DNA of 64,000 bases from Pseudomonadales bacterium (GCA_046347205.1 JAXMGN010000001.1:181226-245225); one strand, 5' to 3'. Numbered from the stretch's first letter, positions 31,494-41,462 are shown. Numbers and translations: made by a program. Notes: generated from the letters alone by a model not told the origin.

Positions 31494-33896
31494 TTATTTC
31501 TCTACTTTTCCGCCCTTGGGCAATAGGAAATGCGCCAAGGCCGGCAGTAACGTCAATGCGCCCACCATATTCCAGAGGAACATAAACACCAGCAAAATAC
31601 CCATGTCTTTTTGGAATTGGATAGCAGACCAATACCAAGTTGCCACACCAAAAGCCAGCGTCAAACCGGTAAAGCTCACCGCTTTACCTGTGGTTTTGAG
31701 CGTCATCAAATAAGCATCACGCAATGATTTGCCTTCTTTGAAATAACTTTCCATACGACTGTAGATATAAATACCGTAATCCACACCCACACCGACACCC
31801 AAAGTAATTACAGGCAGCGTAGCCACTTTGACACCGATACCCAGTTTTGCCATCAAGGCTTCACACAAAATGGAGGTCAATGCCAAAGGACCAAGAATAC
31901 ACAACATTGCCTTGATCGATGGGAAAGTAAAAAACACCAGCGCCGCGACCACGGCATACACCAACCACAACATTTTGTTTTGTGCGGAGTGAATTTCTTG
32001 GTTTACCGCAGCAGCAATACCCGCATTGCCTGTCGCCAAACGAAATTGAATATCCGCTGTATTATGTTTATCAGCAAAATCTTTTACCACTTTAGCTACA
32101 CGATCCAAGGTTTCCGCCTTGTGATCTTTGAGGAAGGCAACCACCGGCGCAAAGCTGCATTTCTCGTTCACTAGCCCCATATCAGCCGTGATATTAAAGG
32201 AGCCATCAATGGCTTCCTGATTGCGCCCCAAAGTCATCCATTTGATGTGGCCTTCCGTCAAACCTGCAATAAAGTTTTTCGCCACAAACGCAGCGGAAGC
32301 GGTGGCCTGCACGCCCTCGGTATTATTCAGCGCCCACTCCAAATCATCCATTGCTTCCATGTTTTTTTGCTTGAAACATTCGCCGGGAACACTGGTCACC
32401 ATGACCACAAACAAATCCGAACTGGTGGCGTAATTTGACGTTACAAATTTTACGTCTTTGTTGTACGTTGAATCAGGGCGCAGCTCTGGCGAACCTTCTG
32501 CAATATCCCCGATTTTGAGGAACTGTCTTTCATACACGCTGTAAACCGCCAATGCGCCGGCAAATACCAAAGCGACAATCGCCCAACGCGACTCTGTAAA
32601 TTTAGCCAAGAACAACCAAATTGGCGAATCATGCTCTTCACTCAGCTGCATGTGCTTGATACCAGATGGTGCAATACCGGAATAAGACAGCAAGATAGGC
32701 AGCAGCATCAGCTTCAATACAATCAAGACGCCAGTACCGATACATGCGGTAAATGCCAGTTCTTTGATCGCTGAAATAGGGATCAACACCATCGTTAAAA
32801 AACTAAATGCGTTGGTCAACAAAGCGGTGATGCCAGGCAAATAGTTGGTGCGGAAAGCGCGACGGCTGGCTTGCAACTTGTTGTGCCCTGCCGCCATCTC
32901 GACCGCCATTGCGTTTACATATTGCACGCTGTGGCTCACGCCGATAGCCACCAACAAAAACGGCACCAACATAGAGAACAAACCAATGCCGGAAAACACT
33001 TCAACGTTTTCAACAATGCCATTCACTTTTACTGGCACATTGCCGTAAGGCACACTGAAGTGCGACATCACACTCAGAATGCCCAACATCCACACCACGG
33101 CAATCACTGATGTGAACAGTGGCATCAACGCTGCACGCCAGCAACGCGCATACATATAGAGCAACACGATAGTAATCAGTAAGGCAATACCACCAAAAAT
33201 AACAATCCCACTCGAACCGGTAATAAAATCACCAATCATCTTCGGCTCACCGATGATGTAGACGTGATATTTGCCGTTGTATTGCTTGTTTATGTCGGTG
33301 CGAATATCTTCCAAGATGTTACCGAGATCTTGGAAATCAATCGTATCACCCGCTTTATGGTCGCGCGCCAAATCATCGTTGGGATACGTTGAAAATACAT
33401 ACGACTCCACAATGGACGATTTGAAGTTATCGGAAATCAGACGCCCAATTTCAGTTGAGCGAAACACATTTAATTTAACGCGCTCCAAACTCTCTGGACT
33501 GCCGTCGTATTCGCCTGGAATCAAACGGTCGCCATCAAATCCTTGCGGCGTCACAGCCTGCCAACGCACGGACGGCGCCCACATCGAACGCAAAGAAGTG
33601 CGGTCTACACCATTAATATTGAAAACTTTATCGTGGACATTCTGCACTACTTGCAGATATTCCTTGTCAAAAATATCGCCCTGTGTATTTTCTATAGCAA
33701 TTTTGAAAGACAAGCCTTTTTGTGTAAGGTCATCCAACCGACTAAACATATTTTGCAAATATTCATGTTGCATCGGCAGCATTTTTTCAAAGCGCGCATC
33801 AATTTTGATTTTTGTTGTTTCGAACCCAAAATAGAGCGTCAAAACCGCAATAATCACCAGCCATATCGGCCGGTGATTAAAAATTAGCTTCTCCAT
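31494..33896 (-). CDS. RND/MMPL-family transporter
   Basis: Two 1+5 TM repeats with periplasmic loops; AIGVSHSVQ, GVGVGVDYGIY, GKAVSFTGLTL. Likely start ATG 33896. Confidence 0.88.
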   Translation of the reverse strand: MEKLIFNHRPIWLVIIAVLTLYFGFETTKIKIDARFEKMLPMQHEYLQNMFSRLDDLTQKGLSFKIAIENTQGDIFDKEYLQVVQNVHDKVFNINGVDRTSLRSMWAPSVRWQAVTPQGFDGDRLIPGEYDGSPESLERVKLNVFRSTEIGRLISDNFKSSIVESYVFSTYPNDDLARDHKAGDTIDFQDLGNILEDIRTDINKQYNGKYHVYIIGEPKMIGDFITGSSGIVIFGGIALLITIVLLYMYARCWRAALMPLFTSVIAVVWMLGILSVMSHFSVPYGNVPVKVNGIVENVEVFSGIGLFSMLVPFLLVAIGVSHSVQYVNAMAVEMAAGHNKLQASRRAFRTNYLPGITALLTNAFSFLTMVLIPISAIKELAFTACIGTGVLIVLKLMLLPILLSYSGIAPSGIKHMQLSEEHDSPIWLFLAKFTESRWAIVALVFAGALAVYSVYERQFLKIGDIAEGSPELRPDSTYNKDVKFVTSNYATSSDLFVVMVTSVPGECFKQKNMEAMDDLEWALNNTEGVQATASAAFVAKNFIAGLTEGHIKWMTLGRNQEAIDGSFNITADMGLVNEKCSFAPVVAFLKDHKAETLDRVAKVVKDFADKHNTADIQFRLATGNAGIAAAVNQEIHSAQNKMLWLVYAVVAALVFFTFPSIKAMLCILGPLALTSILCEALMAKLGIGVKVATLPVITLGVGVGVDYGIYIYSRMESYFKEGKSLRDAYLMTLKTTGKAVSFTGLTLAFGVATWYWSAIQFQKDMGILLVFMFLWNMVGALTLLPALAHFLLPKGGKVEK

Positions 33897-34021
33897 TCTT
33901 TTTTCTTCGTCACCGTAACGGTACGGCTCACCGTATTGACGCGCTGCTCCAGCCATACTGCTCAACCTCTAGCTATAATTAAAGTTATTGTTTTGTTAGA
34001 TCGAAAACGGAGAACTCTGTA

Positions 34022-35293
34022 TCACAGACTGGCAGGGGGTACGATCTCTACACCACCGGCTCCGACCAGAATGTAATTGCCGTCCGCTGCCGCTGTTACA
34101 GAAGCAACTGTCAATCTATTTTTGCGTACATTTTCTTGGAAGGTGCGCCCACCATCACGACTTCTCAGGAAAGCGCCATCATTACCGACCGCTAACACAG
34201 TATCTTTATCAACAAAGAAAACAGTGTTGATGTTCTTATGCAAAGTTTCTGCAATTTGTTTCCAATTGGCACCGCGATCAACCGAGCGATACATCACACC
34301 ACGCAAGCCGGCAATAAAAACTTCGTTATCCGACACAACATTGATTGCAAAAAATGACCCATTTTCAGGATCGGGGGACTCCAACTGTGTCCAGCTGGCA
34401 CCAGCATTCGTGCTGCGATACACATGCCCCGCTTCACCGGCGATGTACATGAGATTGCCTTTGCCAACGATGGCATTGAGGTGGTTGCGATCGGGATTGT
34501 TCAAGCGATCAGCAATGCTCACCCAAGTGGCGCCGCCGTCAGTGGTCATGATCATTTCACCAAACGCGCCCACGGCGTAGCCGGTTTGCACATCGCGAAA
34601 CCAAACATCCATCAACGGGTTGGCAACCGTGTTCGTTAGTGCGTCTTTCGCATCGGACAACGCCGATTCTGCATCGGCAATTTTGTCATCCAATTCAGAC
34701 ACCATGGCTTCCACTTGGTCATGCGCGCCATCGTCAGCTTCGCCCGCTGTCTCCTCTTCACTGCCAGTAGCCACGCTTGAATCAGCTGGTTTCAAGCCAT
34801 CCAATTGATCCTCTGCTGCTTGCTTATTGGCTTTCAACTCCTTCAATTTAGCTTCCAATGCCGGAATGCTATCTGCCATGCGTTTACGCGTAAATTTCAA
34901 CCCGTCTAATTGAATAGCCCAAGTTTTGCCGGCATCGGTGGTATGCAGCACCAATTCATCGTGCCCCACTGCCCAACCTTCTGTGGGCGAGATAAAGAAA
35001 ACAGCGTTCAGCATCGCCCGCGTTGGCACGTCTGCTTGCTGCCAAGTTTTGCCATTATCGTCTGACGTGGCGATATGTCCGCGCTCACCTACCACCACAA
35101 GACGATCACCCGCACGGACAATATCTTGTAAAAGAGACTGTGCGACTTTTGCGCTTTTAATTGCAGGTTTTTGGCTACTCACCGTCGCATCTTGTGCCTG
35201 CGCAGCGACCGCAGCAAACAGTAAAAGAGCGATAGTGCCCACATTGCGCAACGAGGTTGCAAAGCGAACGTAGGATGCGGTTTTTTTATTCAT
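34022..35293 (-). CDS. YCF48/BNR-repeat periplasmic protein
   Basis: Signal peptide and repeated SxDxGKTW boxes (VVGERGHI, WAVGHD, AVGAFG). Likely start ATG 35293. Confidence 0.85.
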   Translation of the reverse strand: MNKKTASYVRFATSLRNVGTIALLLFAAVAAQAQDATVSSQKPAIKSAKVAQSLLQDIVRAGDRLVVVGERGHIATSDDNGKTWQQADVPTRAMLNAVFFISPTEGWAVGHDELVLHTTDAGKTWAIQLDGLKFTRKRMADSIPALEAKLKELKANKQAAEDQLDGLKPADSSVATGSEEETAGEADDGAHDQVEAMVSELDDKIADAESALSDAKDALTNTVANPLMDVWFRDVQTGYAVGAFGEMIMTTDGGATWVSIADRLNNPDRNHLNAIVGKGNLMYIAGEAGHVYRSTNAGASWTQLESPDPENGSFFAINVVSDNEVFIAGLRGVMYRSVDRGANWKQIAETLHKNINTVFFVDKDTVLAVGNDGAFLRSRDGGRTFQENVRKNRLTVASVTAAADGNYILVGAGGVEIVPPASL

Positions 35294-35586
35294 TCTGATG
35301 CGCCCTGAATCATCTACAGTAAAACATGCCGACGCTCTCTCAATCACAAAAACTGAGGAACACGACATACCATGAAGCCGTGCCAGCAGAAACAGGCGCC
35401 GCAAAGCCAGTCAGACGGGCTTTTTATTGCGAGACTTTCTACTTGCGAGGAATTAAAAATTCGCAGCTTGCTAAAGTGATGCCACTTCGATTGCGGCCTT
35501 CCTCCACAACTGAAGCTGCCGCAATCTTACCCGTACATATCCTGTAGGTAAACCGCGTCAGGCACCGCCAAGACCAGCTAAACCTC

Positions 35587-36810
35587 TCATTGCTTCGCGC
35601 GACGACTGTGCCAATACAAAGCCAATCCTGCTAATGACAACAACAGCGCAACCACCACAAACGGCGAGCGCGGATGCCATGCGTACAACACGCCGGCACC
35701 ATAAGGACCAATGACGTACCCCAACGCAGGGCAGGCAGCAAGAAAACCAGCAATCGCCCCTTGCTCATGGCTGTCCACACTGAGCGAAACCGCCGCTGAA
35801 AAACCAGGGCCAGTGATACCTAGACCCAAGCCCAAGAGCACCACGCCTGCGCACAACTGCACCAAGCCACTGGCGCCGGCAAGCAGAGCAAATCCCAACG
35901 CCATCATCGGGATGCCCGACTGCAAGAGACGCGCAGGCGGCCACCCCAAACGCTGCACCAAGGCGAGCTGACCAAATACGGTCGCACCCGCCATCAGTGC
36001 CTGAGCGATACCCAAGGGTGTGGCAGAACCCAAGGCATCACGCTGTATGATGTACGGCAGATAAAAACCCATCATCTGCGTGGAAACAGCCATCCCCAAA
36101 TACACCACCACACCCACGAGCAATAAATGACGATAACGCGCGTCGAAATAACGGAGTTTTTTAGCATACGCCGCACCGTGGTGTACGGCGCTCTCGCGGC
36201 GCGTGGGTTCAACCAAATATTTCGCCACGAGTATCGCAATCAACAAAGCTAACCCCACCGCTGCATACAAAGGTAGCAACAAAAACCATGTGGCCAACAT
36301 GACCAACGAAGGCCCCACAATCGCGCCCACACCGTGCGCCGCGCCGGTTTGGCTCAGACCCACAGCGCGCTCATCCGGCGAAGTAATATCGATCACATAA
36401 GCGGTAATTGCCGGCAGCATGGCAGCAATCAAGAAAGCTTGTAGCAAGCGACTGGCAAACACACCGTAATACAGTGTTTCCACACTGATACGCTGCATCT
36501 GACTCAGCGTGAAGAACAACACCAGCAACAGCGCAGAGAAGCAGTATCCACACACGCCAATCAAAATGGATGTGCGCCTGCCCCACTGATCGCTTTTTCT
36601 GCCCCACCACGGGCTAACCAAAAACACCAACAGCGCGGCACAACTGCCTATCAAAGTGATCTGACGCGTCGTCAATCCCAAACTCGTGCCTATCAAAGGC
36701 AGCAAGCTGAACACCACGTTGTTGACCACGCCATAGGCCGTCACGGTCAACAACAGCACCCAATACGACAAGGGATTCGGGCAGTGCGAAGAGGGCAATT
36801 TCAGAGACAA
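35587..36810 (-). CDS. MFS transporter (DHA1/TetA-like); start uncertain
   Basis: WWGRKSDQWGRR motif A, AHGVGAIVGP motif C, ~12 TM segments. The track ORF extends to 36921, but that part runs across a terminator. Confidence 0.8.
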   Translation of the reverse strand: MSLKLPSSHCPNPLSYWVLLLTVTAYGVVNNVVFSLLPLIGTSLGLTTRQITLIGSCAALLVFLVSPWWGRKSDQWGRRTSILIGVCGYCFSALLLVLFFTLSQMQRISVETLYYGVFASRLLQAFLIAAMLPAITAYVIDITSPDERAVGLSQTGAAHGVGAIVGPSLVMLATWFLLLPLYAAVGLALLIAILVAKYLVEPTRRESAVHHGAAYAKKLRYFDARYRHLLLVGVVVYLGMAVSTQMMGFYLPYIIQRDALGSATPLGIAQALMAGATVFGQLALVQRLGWPPARLLQSGIPMMALGFALLAGASGLVQLCAGVVLLGLGLGITGPGFSAAVSLSVDSHEQGAIAGFLAACPALGYVIGPYGAGVLYAWHPRSPFVVVALLLSLAGLALYWHSRRAKQ

Positions 36811-36848
36811 CACCGCAGCAACCCTAGCAATAAAGACAAGGAGTGGAA

Positions 36849-36879
36849 CAAAAACAACAAAGGTCGCCAACTGGCGACC
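36849..36879 (-). terminator. Terminator after rubredoxin
   Basis: GGTCGCCA-GT-TGGCGACC followed by TTTGTTGTTTTTGTT. Confidence 0.65.
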
Positions 36880-36933
36880 CCTGTCAAAACGCGCATGCAG
36901 TACATAAGCAGCGGGGAGCACCCGCCGACGGTA

Positions 36934-37107
36934 TTAAGCCGTTTGTACCATTTCAAAATCGTATTTGCTGACACCACACTCTGGGCATTCCCAATCTTCG
37001 GGTACGTCTTCCCATTTGGTGCCAGGTGCTATCCCTTCTTCCGGCAGACCTTTTTCTTCGTCGTAAATAAACCCGCAAATCACACACTCAAACTTTCTGT
37101 AAGCCAT
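36934..37107 (-). CDS. rubA: Rubredoxin (AlkG2-like)
   Basis: CVICGFIYDE...WEDVPEDWECPECGVSKYDF; start ATG 37107. Confidence 0.93.
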   Translation of the reverse strand: MAYRKFECVICGFIYDEEKGLPEEGIAPGTKWEDVPEDWECPECGVSKYDFEMVQTA

Positions 37108-37310
37108 AACGCCTCCACACAAAAGATCTCAAAACCGGCAAAGCGCCGCATTATAAACAGATTGCCTTAGGATAACCCACTGCGACAATCCGCTGCACTG
37201 CTGCACCAGCGGTCATTGTATGCAGCAAATACTGCGTCACCCTGACCTTTGTCAAAGGTTCGTTCACCTTTACACTGAGCAGCCAAATATTTCCCCTCAC
37301 TCAAAACACC

Positions 37311-37772
37311 ATGATGCGCAAAATTCTCACTGCTCTACCTGCTCTACCTGCTCTGATCATAGGCTCTCTCACGCTGGCTGATGGTCCGCACTATCAAGTT
37401 TTCACACAACTCAAAGGTCTGGTGGTGAACTACAACGTCACCACAAGCAATGTGGAAACCGTTCTTTACGCCACCAATCACGAACGAGCGCCCGTTGTCT
37501 GCGATGCCAACCTGATTACCAATCGCCAAGAGACCAGCAAAGGTCGCGACACCATCATCGCACCAGGGAAAACCGCCACTTTCTCTTTTCGCCACGGCAA
37601 ATCCATCACCGATGTGCGCCTCTATTTAATGTGCGAAGCCACCCAAAATAGTGCCGCAGACAGCAATGCCTCCAGTGAAGCAAACGCGCCAACCGCCGCA
37701 CCCAAAACAGAACAGCCTCCTGCCGCGCAAAAAACTATCCCCGTGATAGAAGAAGACCTCGACCGTTATTGA
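37311..37772 (+). CDS. Secreted hypothetical protein (2 Cys, Pro/Ala-rich tail)
   Basis: Signal peptide, beta-rich core and low-complexity C-terminus. Confidence 0.7.
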   Translation: MMRKILTALPALPALIIGSLTLADGPHYQVFTQLKGLVVNYNVTTSNVETVLYATNHERAPVVCDANLITNRQETSKGRDTIIAPGKTATFSFRHGKSITDVRLYLMCEATQNSAADSNASSEANAPTAAPKTEQPPAAQKTIPVIEEDLDRY

Positions 37773-37786
37773 ACAGGCAATAGAAC

Positions 37787-38893
37787 ATGTATATCCAAGG
37801 CACTTACTACCGCAGCATTTGGCACGATGACAGCAACGATAGCGCTGTGATTTTTGATCAGACCTTGCTGCCGCATCAGATCAAACAACTTGCACTCAAC
37901 AGCTTGGGCGATGTTTGCCACGCCATTGCCAGCATGCAAGTACGCGGCGCGCCGTTAATTGGTGCCTGCGCCGCCTTTGGTTTGTATTTCGCGCTGCGTG
38001 CGGACGATGCGCCCGAACATGAAGCCTCTGCTGCACAACAACTGATTGCCACGCGCCCCACCGCTATCAATTTGCGTTGGGCCGTTGAACGCGTGCGCGA
38101 AAAAATTGCGCCGATAGCACGCGGCGAAAAAGCGCAAGCTGCGCTGCAAGAAGCTAAAAAAATCTGCGACGAAGACGCTGCCGTGTGCTCGGCGATTGGC
38201 GATCACGGCCTCACACTGATCCAAGAAATTTATCAAAAAAAATCACAGCACACTGTCAATATTTTGACGCATTGCAACGCCGGTTGGATTGCCACGGTTG
38301 ATTGGGGCACCGCACTGGCACCTATTTATAAAGCACATCTCGCCGGCATTCCTGTACACGTTTGGGTGGATGAAACGCGTCCGCGTTTACAGGGCGCACT
38401 CACAGCCTGGGAATTACAGCAAGCTGGCGTGCCACACACTTACATCACCGACAACACCGGCGGACATTTGATGCAACACGGTCTGGTGGATTTATGCATC
38501 GTTGGCACCGACCGCACCACCGCACAAGGCGATGTGTGCAACAAAATTGGCACCTACCTCAAAGCGCTCGCCGCACAAGACAATAAAGTGCCGTTTTATG
38601 TGGCGTTGCCCACTTCTACTATCGACTGGACGGTGCGCGACGGCGTGCATGAAATTCCAATTGAAGAGCGTGACAGCTTTGAATTAACGCATGTATTGGG
38701 CGTGCATACTGCGAGCAATACAGTGCAGCATGTGCGCGTTACGCCGGAAAAAATTCACGCCGCCAATTATGCGTTTGATGTAACACCAGCGCGTTTAGTT
38801 AGCGGCTTGATTACCGAGTTCGGTATTTTTTCTGCATCCAGTGCGGGTTTAGAAAACCTGCGCAACAACGACGCTTATCGGCGCGGCAAATAA
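37787..38893 (+). CDS. mtnA: S-methyl-5-thioribose-1-phosphate isomerase
   Basis: MQVRGAPLIG, RPTAINL, LTHCNAGWIATVDWGTAL, ETRPRLQG, NKIGTY, FDVTP. Confidence 0.93.
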   Translation: MYIQGTYYRSIWHDDSNDSAVIFDQTLLPHQIKQLALNSLGDVCHAIASMQVRGAPLIGACAAFGLYFALRADDAPEHEASAAQQLIATRPTAINLRWAVERVREKIAPIARGEKAQAALQEAKKICDEDAAVCSAIGDHGLTLIQEIYQKKSQHTVNILTHCNAGWIATVDWGTALAPIYKAHLAGIPVHVWVDETRPRLQGALTAWELQQAGVPHTYITDNTGGHLMQHGLVDLCIVGTDRTTAQGDVCNKIGTYLKALAAQDNKVPFYVALPTSTIDWTVRDGVHEIPIEERDSFELTHVLGVHTASNTVQHVRVTPEKIHAANYAFDVTPARLVSGLITEFGIFSASSAGLENLRNNDAYRRGK

Positions 38894-39756
38894 AGCAGCG
38901 GATCCACCGGTTTTCCCGATTTTCGGATTTCAAAATGCAGTTTATTTTTGTCGGTGCCACTGGCGCCGACCTCTGCAATCACCTGCCCTTTTTTCACTGC
39001 ATCACCCTCGGCGACTAGCAATCTACTGTTGTGTCCGTAAGCGCTGAGAAATTGCTCATCGTGTTTGATGATGATGAGCTGCCCGTAACCAGCTAGCCCA
39101 CTACCCGCGTACACCACAGAACCTGCGCCTGCTGCTTTCACTGGATCGCCTTGCTTACCTTCCAAATCGATACCTTTGCGCAAAGGGTCTGCCGCCGAGT
39201 ACAACGTGATAAGGCGGCCATTGGTCGGCCAGAGCCAACGACTGCCACTGTCTGCTGCAACCGTATTCGATGCCGTAGCAGCGACGACTGGTGTCTTGAC
39301 CGCAGCTGATGGTGTTGATGCTGATGACACCGCAGAAGGCGTTGCAGCCGATGATGCAGCGGTACGGTGCGACGACCGAGTGTCCGACGCCACTTCAACG
39401 ACGGGTTGATCTTCTTGCACGGCCGTAACTTGTACCCCACGAGGCGCGGCGACAGCGCGTGATGCTGCAAGATTCGATGCCGCCTCACTATCCGCCAACA
39501 TAATTTTTTGCCCTGCACGCAAATGGTATGGCGGTGCAATACGGTTGCGCTGTGCTAACTCACGAAAATCCACGCCATAACGCCAGGCAATGGAGTACAG
39601 CGAATCATCACGCGAAGCGATGTGATAGTTCAAACGAATACTGGGCGGCTGCGCCATTTGATCGATTGGCGGCAACTGCGCTGTATTTTTACAGCCCGCA
39701 CCCAAGCCAACCAACAACATCAGCCAACCCAACGCAACCACAGTATTTCGTTTCAC
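38875..39756 (-). CDS. nlpD: LysM/M23 lipoprotein NlpD
   Basis: Lipobox GAGC, LysM (DSLYSIAWRYG), M23 (KGIDL, HNSRLLV, LHFEIR). Confidence 0.92.
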   Translation of the reverse strand: MKRNTVVALGWLMLLVGLGAGCKNTAQLPPIDQMAQPPSIRLNYHIASRDDSLYSIAWRYGVDFRELAQRNRIAPPYHLRAGQKIMLADSEAASNLAASRAVAAPRGVQVTAVQEDQPVVEVASDTRSSHRTAASSAATPSAVSSASTPSAAVKTPVVAATASNTVAADSGSRWLWPTNGRLITLYSAADPLRKGIDLEGKQGDPVKAAGAGSVVYAGSGLAGYGQLIIIKHDEQFLSAYGHNSRLLVAEGDAVKKGQVIAEVGASGTDKNKLHFEIRKSGKPVDPLLYLPRR

Positions 39757-39775
39757 TATTTTTTACTCCGCCAAA

Positions 39776-40447
39776 TTAACCGCGCACCACACCGCGCACA
39801 AAAGGCACAAAACGTGCCGGCTCAATGGGTATGTGTTCATACTCGCCTGTCTCTGCGTGACGATACACCATGACCAAATGCTGTTCTTGACCACCCACAG
39901 GCGAGACCAGCACTCCGCCTGGTGCCAATTGTTGCAGCAGCCTTTCTGGAATTTGAAGCGGTGCAGCCGCTGACAAAATCCCATCGAAAGGTCCCGCCTC
40001 TTCCCAACCGATGGCACCATCTGCATTGCGCAAAAAAACATTGTCATGTTTAAGCAGGCGCATGCGCTGTTTGGCTTTTTCCAACAGCGGTTCAATGCGT
40101 TCCATGCTGTAAACTTTTTTCGCCAGTTGCGCCAAGATCGCCGTTTGATAACCAGAGCCCGTACCAATTTCCAACACGCGCGTAAGCGAGCCGCGCGACA
40201 ACAATAACTCGGACATGCGCGCCACTGTGTACGGCTGCGACAGCGTTTGGTTGTAACCGATAGGCAGTGCATCGTCTTCGTACGCGCGATGTGCCAATGC
40301 ATCGTCCACAAAAATATGGCGCGGCGTTTCGCGCATGGCATTAATGACTTCAAAGTTGCTGATGCCTTGATCCATCAAACGCTCAATCAGGCGATCGCGC
40401 GTGCGCCGCGATGTCATGCCTCTGCCATCCAAATTACGATCGTTCAC
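39776..40447 (-). CDS. pcm: Protein-L-isoaspartate O-methyltransferase
   Basis: PRHIFV, AYEDDALPIG, SQPYTVA, LEIGTGSGYQ. Confidence 0.95.
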   Translation of the reverse strand: MNDRNLDGRGMTSRRTRDRLIERLMDQGISNFEVINAMRETPRHIFVDDALAHRAYEDDALPIGYNQTLSQPYTVARMSELLLSRGSLTRVLEIGTGSGYQTAILAQLAKKVYSMERIEPLLEKAKQRMRLLKHDNVFLRNADGAIGWEEAGPFDGILSAAAPLQIPERLLQQLAPGGVLVSPVGGQEQHLVMVYRHAETGEYEHIPIEPARFVPFVRGVVRG

Positions 40448-40481
40448 CTAAAACCACCCATAGCATCATGCGCCAAATATA

Positions 40482-41459
40482 TCACAGGGGTTGTTCGCCC
40501 AAGGCCTGCGCATTTATTAACTGCACACACTCGCGCAAAACGGCTGTTGCGTATGTGCCAACGGGTAAGGTAAAACGCAAGACCACCGTATTTTCTTCAT
40601 ACTGAAAATGCGCAGCGGTGATAGGCAACAACAGCGCGCGCCGTTCTTGCTGCAAACCGACGTGCTCCAATTTTTCACAATACGGCGCATACGGCTGCAA
40701 CAAGTTTTGCTCACGCTGAGCGAGTGCACCTTGGCTTTTATTGCGCCCGCGCCCCCACAGCGGGGCGGTGGGAATATCTTGCGGCTCTCCTTCCATGCAC
40801 ACACACCAATCATCAGCCTCCACACGATTCGCCAAAACATGATTAAACAACCACGCACGCAGTGCCGATACGGCAAACTGGTATTTGCGCTCATGCCACT
40901 GTTTCGCATGCAGATCCAACATGATTTCTGCTTGTTGCAAATTGCTGCCGCCGCGACCAAAACGCTGCTCACCAAAATAATTGGGCACGCCCTGCGCGAC
41001 CACCGCCTCCCAACGCTGCCGTAACGCTTCTATCGAACCCAGCACATTGCGCAGACGAATCACAAACGCATTGCCCGCGTGCATACCGGGCCGCAACTTG
41101 CTGTTGTGCCTAGTCTCAGTCAATACCGTGCAGCCGTCTATCTGCAACTGCGCGACATTCACTTCGCGCTTTCCTAAATACAAACTGAACCACTGTCGCG
41201 TCACGGCATGGCGATCTTTCAAACCACAATACCCCACATCCATTTGTTTAATGCCCGCCCACTCTGCCAATTGCTTGGCTACGAACACAGTGTTTTGTCC
41301 GTTTTTTTCGATATGCAAGCACAAGTGCTCGCCCTGCTCGGACAAAGCAAAACCGAGCTGCTCATCGACAAAAAAATCTTCTGCATTTTGACGAAAAACC
41401 GCGCTGACATTCAGCGCAGGCCATGCTGTTGGAAAATCGAGATCAAATAACATTGGCAA
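40482..41459 (-). CDS. truD: tRNA pseudouridine(13) synthase TruD
   Basis: EDFFVDE, GEHLCL, GLKDRHAVTRQW, VPNYFGEQRFG, GTYAT. Confidence 0.93.
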   Translation of the reverse strand: MPMLFDLDFPTAWPALNVSAVFRQNAEDFFVDEQLGFALSEQGEHLCLHIEKNGQNTVFVAKQLAEWAGIKQMDVGYCGLKDRHAVTRQWFSLYLGKREVNVAQLQIDGCTVLTETRHNSKLRPGMHAGNAFVIRLRNVLGSIEALRQRWEAVVAQGVPNYFGEQRFGRGGSNLQQAEIMLDLHAKQWHERKYQFAVSALRAWLFNHVLANRVEADDWCVCMEGEPQDIPTAPLWGRGRNKSQGALAQREQNLLQPYAPYCEKLEHVGLQQERRALLLPITAAHFQYEENTVVLRFTLPVGTYATAVLRECVQLINAQALGEQPL

Positions 41460-41462
41460 AAA

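Noticed and set aside
33819-33829. tRNA T-loop-like GGGTTCGAAAC (minus strand)
   Set aside because: Lies inside the RND CDS and no cloverleaf can be folded.
36811-36921. N-terminal extension of the MFS ORF
   Set aside because: It runs across the rubredoxin terminator and is probably non-coding.
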